From contig NC_086098.1 of assembly GCF_963921235.1 (NCBI RefSeq), forward strand, positions 154,566,001 to 154,630,000: a stretch of DNA of 64,000 nucleotides, in the 5' to 3' direction. Shown piece after piece: positions 1 to 11,779 of the stretch. Each line of letters starts with the position of its first letter. Position 1 is the stretch's first letter. This DNA comes from Mobula hypostoma (taxonomy: Eukaryota). A program made the translations under genes and the position numbers. Under the pieces are notes generated by a model that saw nothing but the letters and a program-made list of their open reading frames with translations, did not search any database and was not told the origin of the DNA.

Positions 1-309
1 AACATTTGCTATACTGCAGTCACGTTTGTGAACTAGTCGATGGGCAAGATGTACTATCCCTGGAAGTCATACAGTGAAGATTCACTTGAAAATTTCACGT
101 CTTGAACGGTAAATCAAATCGATTTTAATCTTTTAAATGATGTCATAAATCAATAGATTAGTTTGAAGGGAACTGCTTCAATTTTAAAGGTAATTGGGAA
201 AACACTCTGGATTTTAAAGCAAGAGGCAAATTAGGCTGCTGGAGTCCGAAAGCAAGCTAGCCAATAATATTACAGAGGATACCGAAGCTTTGCTCAGAAT
301 CATAAAGTG

Positions 310-475
310 CGACAGTGTAAATGGATAATGGACAGTTGGAAAATAGTGCTGGAGAGGTAACAATGGGGAACAACAAAACAGAAGACGAACTGAATAAGTA
401 TTTTGCATCAGTCGGCACTGTGGAAGACACTAGCAGTATGATGGAGGTCAGGGGTCATGAAGTGTGTGAAGTTAC
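310..475 (+). mobile_element. CR1-like LINE fragment, interrupted by a solo LTR
   Basis: The sequence ...GAAGTGTGTGAAGTTAC breaks at 475 and resumes as CATTACTAGGGAGAAGG at 3337, continuing into CR1-type RT and 3' sequence. Confidence 0.7.
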
Positions 476-1074
476 TGTAAGGGTTTCTTCTTTCATGTTA
501 CTTGCTAAGGCTAATAATGTAATGGCTTCTCTGTAGTGTATAACAAAATGGCTACCCTGTACTGTTAACTGATGAGGTAATGTTCTCTATAGCAGCATGT
601 TTGGGTTATAATTAGTGATAACGGGACTTGTATTCATTTGCTAACCAATTGGGATAGATGTTATTCTTTCTGTCTGTGTGAAAACTGTTAGTTTGTGCGT
701 GCTTTGGGGAGAGAGCGTGAAGAGAATGAAGAAAGAAGACCTGGTTTGCGGAGACGGTTGCCGGACCCGCTGGGCCTGAGCTTGGAGCGGAAGTCCAGGG
801 GTCGACGACGAGCGAAGGAGGATCAGTGAAAGGGAATCCGTGAGCTTCAATGTTGTGCACTGGACATGATTATGAGATTATTGACGCCTTTTATTTGATT
901 TCCTTTTCTTTTGTCTTTCTACTAACCCCATACTTAAATATAATATCTTAATCGTTTAACAGCACATTGTTGACTGAAACAACAGGAATTCTGCTGATGC
1001 TGGAAATTCAAGCAACACACATCAAAGTTGCTGGTGAACGCAGCAGGCCAAGCAGCATCTATAGGAAGAGGCGC

Positions 1075-1110
1075 AGTCGACGTTTCAGGCCGAGACCCTT
1101 CGTCAGGACT
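1075..1110 (-). ncRNA. Minimal hammerhead ribozyme motif (inverted copy)
   Basis: Exact reverse complement of the motif at 3098-3133. Confidence 0.75.
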
Positions 1111-1128
1111 AACTGAAGGAAGAGTGAG

Positions 1129-2805
1129 CACCAGGTCATTGTCTCCCACACTATCAACGACTTTATCCGCTCAGGGGATCTCCCATCCACTGCTACCAAC
1201 CTTATAGTTCCCACACCCCGCACTTCCCGTTTCTCCCTCCTACCCAAGATCCACAAAACTGCCTGTCCTGGCCGACCTATTGTCTCAGCTTGCTCCTGCC
1301 CCACCGAACTCGTTTCTGCATACCTCGACACTGTCTTATCACCCCTTGTTCAATCCCTTCCCACCTATGTTCGTGACACTTCTCACGTTCTTAAACTTTT
1401 CGATGATTTTAAGTTCCCTGGCCCCCACCGCTTTATTTTCACCATGGATGTCCAGTCCCTATATACTTCCATCCCCCATCAGGAAGGTCTCAAAGCTCTA
1501 CGCTTCTTTTTGGATTCCAGACCTAATCAGTTCCCCTCTACCACCACTCTGCTCCGTCTAGCGGAATTAGTCCTTACTCTTAATAATTTCTCCTTTTGCT
1601 CCTCCCATTTCCTCCAAACTAAAGGTGTAGCTATGGGCACCCGTATGGGTCCTAGCTATGCCTGCCTTTTTGTTGGGTTTGTGGAACAATCTATTTTCCG
1701 TGCCTATTCTGGTATCTGTCCCCCACTTTTCCTTCGCTACATCGACGACTGCATTGGCGCTGCTTCCTGCACGCATGCAGAACTCGTTGACTTTATTAAC
1801 TTTGCCTCCAACTTTCACCCTGCCCTCAAGTTTACCTGGTCCATTTCCGACACATCCCTCCCCTTTCTAGATCTTTCTGTCTCTGTCTCTGGAGACAGCT
1901 TATCCACTGATGTCTACTATAAGCCTACTGACTCTCACAGCTATCTGGACTATTCCTCTTCTCACCCTGTCTCTTGCAAAAACGCCATCCCCTTCTCGCA
2001 ATTCCTCCGTCTCCGCCGCATCTGCTCTCAGGATGAGGCTTTTCATTCTAGGACGAGGGAGATGTCTTCATTTTTTAAAGAAAGGGGCTTCCCTTCCTCC
2101 ACTATCAACTCTGCTCTTAAACGCATCTCCCCCATTTCACGTACATCTGCTCTCACTCCATCCTCCCACCACCCCACTAGGAATAGGGTTCCCCTGGTCC
2201 TCACCTACCACCCCACCAGCCTCCGGGTCCAACATATTATTCTCCGTAACTTCCGCCACCTCCAACAGGATCCCACCACTAAGCACATCTTTCCCTCCCG
2301 CCCTCTCTTTGCATTCCGCAGGGATCGCTCCCTACACAACTCCCTTGTCCATTCGTCCCCCCCATCCCTCCCCACTGATTTCCCTCCTGGCACTTATCTG
2401 TGTAAGCGGAACAAGTGCTACACATGCCCTTACACTTCCTCCCTTACCACCATTCAGGGCCCCAAACAGTCCTTCCAGGTGAGGCATCACTTCACCTGTG
2501 AGTCGACTGGGGTGATATACTGCGTCCGGTGCTCCCGATGTGGCCTTTTATATATTGGTGAGACCCGACGCAGACTGGGAGACCGCTTTGCTGAACATCT
2601 ACGCTCTGTCCGCCAGAGAAAGCAGGATCTCCCAGTGGCCACACATTTTAATTCCACATCCCATTCCCATTCTGACATGTCTATCCACGGCCTCCTCTAC
2701 TGTAAAGATGAAGCCACACTCAGGTTGGAGGAACAACACCTTATATTCCGTCTGGGTAGCCTCCAACCTGATGGCATGAACATTGACTTCTCTAACTTCC
2801 GCTAG
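1129..2805 (+). CDS. Penelope-like RT plus GIY-YIG endonuclease (N-terminally truncated; first ATG at 1444)
   Basis: Uninterrupted frame with LPKIHK, GRPIVS, DVQSLYT, GVAMG and YIDD motifs; C-terminal GVIYCVRCSRCGLLYIGETRRRLGDRFAEH GIY-YIG motif. Confidence 0.92.
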   Translation, partial: HQVIVSHTINDFIRSGDLPSTATNLIVPTPRTSRFSLLPKIHKTACPGRPIVSACSCPTELVSAYLDTVLSPLVQSLPTYVRDTSHVLKLFDDFKFPGPHRFIFTMDVQSLYTSIPHQEGLKALRFFLDSRPNQFPSTTTLLRLAELVLTLNNFSFCSSHFLQTKGVAMGTRMGPSYACLFVGFVEQSIFRAYSGICPPLFLRYIDDCIGAASCTHAELVDFINFASNFHPALKFTWSISDTSLPFLDLSVSVSGDSLSTDVYYKPTDSHSYLDYSSSHPVSCKNAIPFSQFLRLRRICSQDEAFHSRTREMSSFFKERGFPSSTINSALKRISPISRTSALTPSSHHPTRNRVPLVLTYHPTSLRVQHIILRNFRHLQQDPTTKHIFPSRPLFAFRRDRSLHNSLVHSSPPSLPTDFPPGTYLCKRNKCYTCPYTSSLTTIQGPKQSFQVRHHFTCESTGVIYCVRCSRCGLLYIGETRRRLGDRFAEHLRSVRQRKQDLPVATHFNSTSHSHSDMSIHGLLYCKDEATLRLEEQHLIFRLGSLQPDGMNIDFSNFR

Positions 2806-3097
2806 GCCCCACCTCCCCCTCGTACCCCATCTGTTACTCATTTTTATGCACACATTCTTTCTCTCACTCTCCTTTTTCTCCCTCTGTCCCTCTGAATATA
2901 CCTCTTGCCCATCCTCTGGGTCACCCCCCCCCGTCTTTCTTCCCGGACCTCCTGTCCCATGATCCTCTCGTATCCCCTTTTGCCTATCACCTGTCCAGCT
3001 CTCGGCTCTATCCCTCCCCCTCCTGTCTTCTCCTATCATTTTGCATCTCCCCCTCCCCCTCCAGCTTTCAAATCCCTTACTCACTCTTCCTTCAGTT

Positions 3098-3133
3098 AGT
3101 CCTGACGAAGGGTCTCGGCCTGAAACGTCGACT
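3098..3133 (+). ncRNA. Minimal type I hammerhead ribozyme motif in the Penelope 3' region
   Basis: AGTC-CTGACGA-AGG(GTCTCGG)CCT-GAA-ACGT-C-GACT: intact CUGANGA and GAAA core, stem I AGUC/GACU, 3-bp stem II, palindromic ACGU stem III, GUC cleavage triplet ending at 3129. Confidence 0.8.
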
Positions 3134-3336
3134 GCGCCTCTTCCTATAGATGCTGCTTGGCCTGCTGCGTTCACCAGCAACTTTGATGATTGTTGACTGA
3201 ATGTTATTTCGGGGTACTGATTTTATACAGGGGACACAGCACGCAGCATCCATCCAAACAAGAGTGCTAAACTTTGGTCGGGGATAGGGCGCCACCCCCG
3301 AGATCATGCCACTAGGCAAAGCGAGTCTTACATTAC

Positions 3337-4339
3337 CATTACTAGGGAGAAGGTTCTTGGCAGAGTGATAACTCACCTGGAGCAGATGGTGTACACCCCA
3401 AAATTCTAAAACAGGTGGCTGAAGAGATTGTGGAGGCATTAGTAATGATCTTTCAAGAATCACTCGGTTCCGGAATGTTTCCAGAATACTGGAAATTTGG
3501 AACTGTCACTCCACTCTTCAAGAAGAGAGAAAAGCAGAAGAAAGGAAACTGTTAGCCAGTTAGTTTGACCGAGTGGTTGGGAAGATGAGGTCTCCTGAGA
3601 AAATAGAAATAAAAACTGAGATGCAGAGGGACTTGGGAGTCCTTGTGCAGGATTCCCTAAAGGTTCATTTGCAGATTAGGTCTGTGGTAAGAAAGGCAAA
3701 TGCAAATCTTGAAATTCCTTTCAAGAGGACTAGAATATAAAAGCGATGATGTAATATTGAAAACATTATAAAGCACTGGTGAGGCCTCACTTGAAATATT
3801 ATTAACAGGTTTGGTCCCTTATCTTCGATAGGATGTCCTGAAACTAGAGAGCGTTCAAAGGAGATTCACGAAAATGATTCCACGATTGAATGGCTTGACA
3901 TATGAAGAGAGTCTGGTAGCTGTGGACCTGTATTCACTAGAATTCAGAAGAATGAACGGTGACCTCATTGAAGCCTATGGAATAGATAAAGGCCTTGATA
4001 GAATGCGTGTAGAGAGGATGTTTGCTATGGTGGTGGAGTCTAAAACCAGAGACTCAGCCTTAGAATAGAGGGACGTCCTTTATGACCGGAGATTAAGAGA
4101 AATTTATTTAGTCAGACGGTGATGAATCTGTCGAATTCTTTGCCACAGACATATGTGGAGGGTAGGTCTTTATGTATATTTAAGGCAGAGGTTGATAGAT
4201 TCTTGATTGGTCAGGGCATGAAGGGATATGGGGGAGATGGCGGGATATCGGGGCTGAGAGGAAAATTCGATCAGCCAAGATGAAATGGCAAAGCGGACTC
4301 GATGGGCCAAATTGCCTAATTCTGCTCCTATATCTTATG
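3337..4339 (+). mobile_element. Decayed CR1-like LINE 3' region
   Basis: ORF 3874-4068 is similar to the CR1 ORF2 C-terminus (LYSLEFRRMNGDLIE); 3' end resembles the CR1 tail at 25940-26047. Confidence 0.75.
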
Positions 4340-4385
4340 GAATACAGATTCAGAAATTGTTGGCATCCATTGTCACCAAACACGC

Positions 4386-5237
4386 TGTCAATGACTGAAG
4401 AGGAAAGACAGGCTCCCATGTGGAGACGGCCACTAAGATTTATTCATAAGGGTTCCAACTAAATAATCAAAGCCCTCCTGTGCCAGTCAAAATAAACTTA
4501 ACAAGATTAAGCACAAAATATAAGGGGTTAACGACTCTCGTTAAGACAACAATTAGCAAATACATATGCTTCATAAACCTTGGAGCCTAAAGCTCTATGG
4601 CTCGAAGGGCTCATGACAATATCTCCCTCTCTACGTCTGGCACCTGCCGACTTAAGCAACCCGAGAGAGACACGCCTGAACTCGAAACAGACAGACCTGG
4701 GAAACCCGAGACAGGCGGTCCATCTCTAAACAAGGTTGGTCATCTCGAGATAGACCCGATAAACTGGAGATAGATCTGAGGAGCTGGAGATCGTCCTGGC
4801 AACCCCCAGACACGGCTGGTCATATCCAAACAGGGTTGGGCATCTCGAGATTGACCTGGTAAAGTGAAGATAGACCTTAGGAACTCGAGACAGTCCTGGT
4901 GATTCCGAGACAGGGCTGGAAAACTTGAGGCACTGAATAAACCTGGGAAACATGGAATAAATCTCGGGAACACGGAATAAAACTCGGGAAAATCGAATAG
5001 TCCTCGGTAGCCTGGAGGACCATGGGAGCCCCAGGAAGCCTTGACGACAGTGAAAATCTTGGGGAAAAAAACCTTGAGGAAGTAGACTAGACAAACTCTG
5101 AACGGTACCTCGGGACTCAGACTCGAGAAACTCGGAAGGAAGGAAGACTTGAGACACTCAGAAGCCGACTGACGTCCGGACGCCACTTTTATATATCGCT
5201 GCGTCCTTTTTGTCACCGTGCACGCTAGCTCGTTTCA
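4386..5237. repeat. LTR-like interspersed repeat with internal short imperfect tandem repeats
   Basis: Recurrent CTCGAGA / CTGGGAAA / CTCGGGA units; CACGCT at 4381 and 5221 may be a TSD; termini not resolved. Confidence 0.4.
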
Positions 5238-5689
5238 ATATCTGAAAGTCATGGGATTTTTAACTCATTTATCCTGTTGCTTTCTATATTCTGTTTCCAA
5301 GCAGCAATATCTTTTACCTTCAAGGAATAACAAAAGCATATTTTGATATCTTTTAGATTCAAAATTTTCCAAATCCATGAAAATTAGCATCTCCCCTCGA
5401 ACTACAAAGCATCCTATTTTTTAACAAAAAGGTGCTTTGGGGCAAACCGTTTGGTCTGTGTAGTGAGAGGTTCTGGGTTATATAACTTGACAGTGCTGCG
5501 TTTAAGCTTTCACTTGACTCGGCATGATACCTTGCTCAAAGTGGAACATATTTACTTTCATTTGTGGTTCATCGTTACAGCAGTTTAATGAAAATTGTTC
5601 GACTTTTTAAGACGGCCCGTATGTGTCAACGCATTATTGTTGTTCCAAAGTCAAAAAAGCAAGCCTTGACTTAAAAACGGTAAAGAGCA

Positions 5690-5930
5690 AGTGCACCCAG
5701 TAGCCAATTTATTAGGGAAATATGTACATATATTCATTAATGCAAATATCTGATCCTCTAATCATATGGCAGTAACTTGCATAAAGCGAATAGATTCAGG
5801 TGTTGCTCAGACCAAAAATCAGAATGGGGAAGAAATGTGATCTCAATTAGTTTGACCATGCACTGATTGTTAGTGCCTGGCGAGGTGGTTTGAGTATCTC
5901 AGAAACTGCGGATCTCCGGGGATTTTCACG
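5690..5930 (+). mobile_element. Tc1/mariner-like transposon 5' remnant
   Basis: TTTATTAGG...TTAATGCAAATATC...CAGAATGGGGAAGAAATGTGATCT...TTGAGTATCTCAGAAACTGC resembles fish Tc1-like 5' ends as I recall them; paralogous copy at 29673-29920. Confidence 0.6.
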
Positions 5931-6180
5931 CCATAATGTACCCACTGAGTTTATGTTTGTGCTCTTCCGCTTCTGTAGCCCATTCACTTCGAGTTCCGAC
6001 GTGTTGCGCGTTCAGAGGTGCTCTTCTGCACAACACTTTTGTACGGCGTTGTTATTTGAGTTGCTGTCACCTTCCAGTCAGCTTGAACTATTCTGGTCAT
6101 TCTACTATCGTCTCGCACCTTAATAATAATATTTTGATGTACTATTTAGCACCATTCTCTGTAAAATCTAATAAAGTGTC

Positions 6181-6442
6181 TTTCTTCCCGGACCTCCAGT
6201 CCCATGATCCTCTCATATCCCTTTTGCCTATCACCTGTCCAGCTCTTGGCTCCATCCCTCCCCCTCCTGTCTTCTCCTATCATTTTGGATCTCCCCCCCC
6301 CCCCCAACTTTCAAATCCCTTACTCACTCTTCCTTCAGTTAGTCCTGTCGAAGGGTCTCAGCCTGAAACGTCGACTGTACCTCTTCCTAGAGATGCTGCC
6401 TGGCCTGCTGCGTTCACCAACAACTTTGATGTGTGTTGTTTG
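6181..6442 (+). mobile_element. Penelope 3'-end fragment with a core-mutated hammerhead (6341-6376)
   Basis: Similar to 2940-3188; core reads CTGTCGA instead of CTGACGA; flanking AAAGTG at 6173 and 6443; absent from the paralogous sites at ~30150 and ~50965. Confidence 0.85.
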
Positions 6443-6507
6443 AAAGTGACTTACTGACTGTATATGAATGAACACGTAACATTCAACAGAAAGCAGTTAA
6501 TGGAAAG

Positions 6508-8640
6508 TGCAATTAAATCAGAATCATATTGAGGTTCATTATCGCCGGCATGTGACATGAAATTTGTCAAGCAGAGAAAAAAAAACAAATAAAATAAAAA
6601 TTACAACAAATAAACAAGTAAATCGATTACGTATATTGAATAGATTTTAAAACGTGCAAATACAAAAACACTATGTATTTTAAAGCTGGAGGGGGAGGGG
6701 GAGATGCAAAATGATAGGAGAAGACAGGAGGAGGAGGGATGGAGCCGAGAGCTGGACAGGTGATAGGCAGAAGGGGATACGAGAGGATCATGGGACGGGA
6801 GGTCCGGGAAAAAAGACGGGGGGGGGTGACCCAGAGGATGGGCAAGAGGTATATTCAGAGGGACAGAGGGAGAAAAAGGAGAGTGAGAGAAAGAATGTGT
6901 GCATAAAAATGAGTGACAGATGGGGTACGAGGGGGAGGTGGGGCCTAGCGGAAGTTAGAGAAGTCAATGTTCATGCCATCAGGTTGGAGGCTACCCAGAC
7001 GGAATATAAGGTGTTGTTCCTCCAACCTGAGTGTGGCTTCATCTTTACAGTAGAGGAGGCCGTGGATAGACATGTCAGAATGGGAATGGGATGTGGAATT
7101 AAAATGTGTGGCCACTGGGAGATCCTGCTTTCTCTGGCGGACAGAGCGTAGATGTTCAGCAAAGCGGTCTCCCAGTCTGCGTCGGGTCTCACCAATATAT
7201 AAAAGGCCACATCGGGAGCACCGGACGCAGTATATCACCCCAGTCGACTCACAGGTGAAGTGATGCCTCACCTGGAAGGACTGTTTGGGGCCCTGAATGG
7301 TGGTAAGGGAGGAAGTGTAAGGGCATGTGTAGCACTTGTTCCGCTTACACAGATAAGTGCCAGGAGGGAAATCAGTGGGGAGGGATGGGGGGGACGAATG
7401 GACAAGGGAGTTGTGTAGGGAGCGATCCCTGCGGAATGCAAAGAGAGGGCGGGAGGGAAAGATGTGCTTAGTGGTGGGATCCTGTTGGAGGTGGCGGAAG
7501 TTACGGAGAATAATATGTTGGACCCGGAGGCTGGTGGGGTGGTAGGTGAGGACCAGGGGAACCCTATTCCTAGTGGGGTGGTGGGAGGATGGAGTGAGAG
7601 CAGATGTACGTGAAATGGGGGAGATGCTGCCTGGCCTGCTGCGTTCACCAGCAACTTTGATGTGTGTTGCTTGAATTTCCAGCATCTGCAGAATTCCTGT
7701 TGTTTATGTATTTTAAAAGTAGGTTAGTGTCCAAAGATTCAATGTCAATTTAGGAATCGGATGGCAGAGGGGAAGAAACTGTTCCTGAATCGCAGAGTGT
7801 GTGCCTTCAGTTTTCTGTACTTCCTACCTGATGGTAAAAGTGAGGAAAGGGCATGCTCTGGGTGCTGGAGATCCTTAATAATGGACGCTGCCTTTCTGAG
7901 GCACCGTTCGCTCTCCTTAAAGATGTTCTGGGTACTTTGTAGGCTAGTACCCAAGACAGAGCGGAATATATTTACAACCTTCTGCAGCTTCTTTCGGTCC
8001 TGTGCATTACCCATCCATACCAGACAGTGATGCAGCCTGTTAGAACACTCTCCACGATACAGCTATAGAAGGTTTTGAATGTATTTGTTAACATATCAAA
8101 TCTCTTCAAACACCAGATAAAGTATGTTATTACCAATCCGCAAAGATTGTGGTCTTCTGGTTAGGAAGTCGAGGATCCAATTGCAGAGGGAGGTACAGAG
8201 GCCCAGGTTCTGCAACATCTCAATCAGGATTGTGGGAATGATGGTATTAAATGCTGAGCTATAGTCGATAAACAGCATCCTGACATAAATGTTTGTGTTG
8301 TCCAGGTGGTCGAAAGCCGTGTGGAGTGCCATTGAGATTGTGTCTGCCGTTGATCTATTGCAGCAATAGGCAAATTGCAATGGGTCCAGGTCTTTGCTGA
8401 GGCAGGAGTTCAGTCTAGTCATGACCAAACTCTGAAATCATTTCATCACTGTCGATGTGAGTGCTACCGGGTGATAGTCATTAAGGCAGCCCACGTTATT
8501 CTTCTTAGGCACTTCTATAATTGTTGCCTTTTTAAAGCAAGGGGGAACTTCTGCCCGTAGCAGTGAGAGGTTGAAAATGTCCTTGAATACTCCAGCTAGT
8601 TGATTGGCACAGGTTTTCAGAGCCTTACCAGGTACTCAGT
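6508..8640 (-). mobile_element. Rex1/Babar-like (L2-related) LINE fragment split by a Penelope insertion
   Basis: Minus-strand ORFs with [23 protein letters not shown] and RFRNSFFPSAIRFLN. Confidence 0.75.
6685..7704 (-). mobile_element. Penelope-like element fragment (GIY-YIG half) with inverted tail
   Basis: Translation from ISPISRTSAL to the stop matches the ORF at 1444-2805; 13-bp TSD TATGTATTTTAAA at 6672-6684 and 7705-7717; 7625-7704 is the tail in opposite orientation. Confidence 0.9.
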
Positions 8641-8995
8641 CGGGACCTTTATACAAGTAAATAAGCATGAACGGACGGATATTACCGAAGAATGCCGGTT
8701 GGACTATTTGGATCGGGACTTGAATGTTAAAGGTAACATCACATTTAGGAAGGACAGGAAGATGATGAAATGCACAAGGATTCGTTGAAAATGAATGTTG
8801 ATCTCAGAGCAGTGAACATGGATGGCCTATTTTCAGGGCATGGGGAGGAAGAGGTGGTTTGAAAAATAATAAAGACAAATTTCTCCTGTGGTATATGAAT
8901 CCTGGCACAAATACAGCAGCAAGATATTAGGACTACGTGCATCCGACGAAGCAAAGGCTGTTTACCATATCTGACCGTTCATGGTTATTTGGAAT

Positions 8996-9321
8996 TTTTT
9001 ATGGCATCCGTTAGTCTCATGAGATGAGAACATGGAATTGCGCCTTGGAAGGTTTCCAGGGTGCGGCCTGGGCAAGGAAGACCATCAGTTGTATGGGGGA
9101 CCAGCAGTTCCCCTAGCTGCAAGTCTCCCCTCTCCACGCCACCGATGTTTTCCAAGGAAAGGGCATGAGGACTCGTATAGCTTGGAACCGGTGTTGTCGC
9201 AAAGCAATGTGTGGTTAAGTGCCTTGCTCAAGGACAAACACGCTGTCTCAGCCAATGCTCGAATTAGCGACCTTCAGATCACTAGACGAACGCCTTAACC
9301 ACTTGGCCACGTGCCAACACA
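8996..9321 (-). mobile_element. tRNA-derived SINE
   Basis: Minus-strand head with A-box TGGCCAAGTGG and degenerate B-box ATTCGAG; 10-bp TSD TATTTGGAAT at 8986-8995 and 9322-9331; empty site at ~51365. Confidence 0.75.
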
Positions 9322-11129
9322 TATTTGGAATCATACTGCAAAGTAAACAGATGGGCGAAAGTCTGTGAGGTGCTCATTAAATGTTTTGGAATATTTTAGA
9401 ACAACGTGTTCTACCACCAACCAAAGGACATTAAGAAGGAATTAGGAGCGGAGATTCCATTTGAATCAGCCGCAATTTTATTAATTCGAGGATCAGGCTG
9501 GAGAGTCGAGGGGGCTACTTCGTATGCAAAGTATGACGTGACAGAAGAATATTACTGAACAAGTAGGTTTTATTTTCATGAGGATCCATTTAATTCCTGG
9601 CCCCAGTCACCCTCAATGTCAGGTGATTCCATACTTCAATCAAGAGAAGTGGCAATTCAAAATCGCAAATGATCTCCATATCCGTGTGCGTACAGTGAAG
9701 CACATAGTAAATATCACATTACACTGGTTCATGTGGCATGTGCGCCAGTAGGTGGAAGTGGTTGCATCATTTAATGCCCATATTTCATGTAAGACTTGAA
9801 CTCATAAAATTCCAGCGACTGTGCACTGCATCAATTTCCCAAAATGGGTTCATTGAAGTCATTACTCTAGAATGAATGTTATCTTTAACAAACTGACATT
9901 CCCATACCGCAGCACTCAAATGAAAATGCTGATGAATTGTCCGTTGCAGGATCTAACAATGGGTCATTATGGGTAAGTATGAAGGTTATGGGAATCTCGG
10001 AGTCAATAGAAAACAGAAATCAGCGACGAAGAGCACCGGTAGGAAAAAATGGCTAGTGAAAATCATGCAAAAATCGGGAAATATTTCCGATGGAACACGA
10101 GCGACAATTGTTGCATCAGATATCTAGCGCACCGGATTGCAGGAAATTTTCTATTTAATACCGAACAGTGTTGCCGGAGTCTAATAAAATAGGACACGCT
10201 AATCCAATCCCTTACTACTCTCCGTATTTTACGTCTCAACTTCATACAAAATACAAAGCAATCAATCTAAGAACAGCGGCGTATTGAGTCTCATTCGAAG
10301 TATCATGTTTACACTACAGCACTCTCTCCTTTCCGGCCACTCTGGTGAAACGCCAAACAGTTGCATTGTCTATCCACCATTACAAGAACTGCAGCTCATC
10401 GGTACAGTAAACACTTTAAATGCATTGTAGTACTTAATCTTCAAGGCGTTTTACATTGACGTTGTAAACGTATAACACGGAAGACGGGAAAGCTTTTACA
10501 TGAGCAGTTTAACACAATATTCTGTTGATTATATTAATGATACTTTCCACTTCGGAGACGAGGGTGTAGAAGAGCAGAAACATGATGATGATTTTCCAAG
10601 ATATATTCGGGAAATAGCAAGTCGGGATTGTTCAAATACCAGCCTCCTCGCCTGTCTGTCTGCTGCGCTGCATCGATTTTACAAATCCTTCTTTGTTCTA
10701 CAACTACTCTACTCTTTAAAGGTTTAACTCTCGTTCAAGCAGGAGGTAAAGGAGGTGAAGGGACTTGCTGCAAAGTTCATACAGTGCTATCGCAGAGAGG
10801 GTACGCCAAAGAGACTTTACTCAGATTCCTTCTAAGCTTTCCGCATAACATTTCTGTTTTCTCGCAATAATCAGTCTTTCTGTTTGCCTGTTGTCTATTC
10901 ATCGCTTCGGATTTCTGGACAGATGCAGCCCTTCTCGCCCTGAGCTATTCGGGACCATGGCAACCTCAAGCTACAGTACTTCAGCCGTTTCTTCCCATTA
11001 TGTCACACTGCCAGTATATTTCCCTTCTGGACATTTGTGTTGGGGGAAGGGAGTTTTATGGTTAGATGGAAATGTGTAAATATCAGTCGACAGTGACCCT
11101 GTGAATCGGTCATAAGATATCACGTAAAT

Positions 11130-11760
11130 TGCTAAATTTTCAAATTATTTTTATTGTTGTTACATTTACCGAGGTGCAGTGAACCGCTTGTCTTGCAGGT
11201 CATTTATGCAGATCAGTTCATCAGTGCAATTTGACAGTACAGTGCGCAGAATAAAGTGTTACAGCTATAGAGAAAGTGCTGTAAGGTGCAAGGGCATAAC
11301 GACGTAGATTGTGAGGTCAAGAGTCTATCTGATCTCAGGATGAAAACATTCAGTGGTCACATAACAGAAAGATAGACGCTGTCCTTGAACCTGGCAGTAT
11401 GTGCCTTTACGGCCTTCGGATCTTCTGCCCGATGGGATGGGGGAGAAGAGAGAATGTCGGTGATGGATGACGTCTTTGCTTATATTGGCTGCTTTGGCGA
11501 GGCAGTGAAAAGTGTATACAGAGTCCAGAGTGAGGAGTTGGCTTCCGTGATGTGCTGAGCTCTATAAACAACTCTCTGTAGATACCATACCCAGCCGTGC
11601 TGCATCTAGACAGAATTCATCGATAAATTTGGTGAGGATCAAAGTTAGACTCCCGAGGAAGTAGTGGCGCCGGTGAGCGCTCTTTGCCCTGATATCTACG
11701 TGATGGGTTATTGGTGATGTCCACTCTACGGAACTTGAATTTCTCAACCCTCTCGACCTC
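11130..11760 (-). mobile_element. Old L2/Rex-like LINE 3' remnant directly upstream of the IgL promoter
   Basis: Decayed RT C-terminal similarity on the minus strand; paralogous copies at ~31610-32250 and ~54430-59250. Confidence 0.5.
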
Positions 11761-11779
11761 AGCATCATTGACATAGTTG

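Larger units (their letters stand above)
979..3188 (+). mobile_element. Penelope-like element, 5'-truncated, with an inverted copy of its 3' end at the 5' side
   Basis: 13-bp TSD ATTGTTGACTGAA at 966-978 and 3189-3201; 979-1128 overlaps, as reverse complement, the 3' terminal region 3080-3188; encodes RT and GIY-YIG. Confidence 0.92.
476..3332 (+). mobile_element. Solo LTR (~630 bp net) containing a nested Penelope insertion
   Basis: Termini TGTAAGGG...CTTACA; 4-bp TSD TTAC at 472-475 and 3333-3336; 5' part resembles the LTRs at 54550 and 58005. Confidence 0.8.

Noticed and set aside
2599-3180. Antisense ORFs over Penelope, CR1 and tandem repeats (for example 2599-3180, 6711-7151, 14193-14693, 41129-41551)
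   Set aside because: Shadow frames of TE coding sequence or low-complexity repeats, with no independent protein features
5740-5747. Perfect octamer ATGCAAAT (also at 29718-29725) as a heavy-chain-type promoter or enhancer
   Set aside because: Both lie inside a Tc1-like remnant whose sequence naturally contains this motif, and no leader exon follows
9261-9321. A tRNA gene on the minus strand
   Set aside because: It is the head of a TSD-flanked SINE with a degenerate B-box, not a free-standing tRNA
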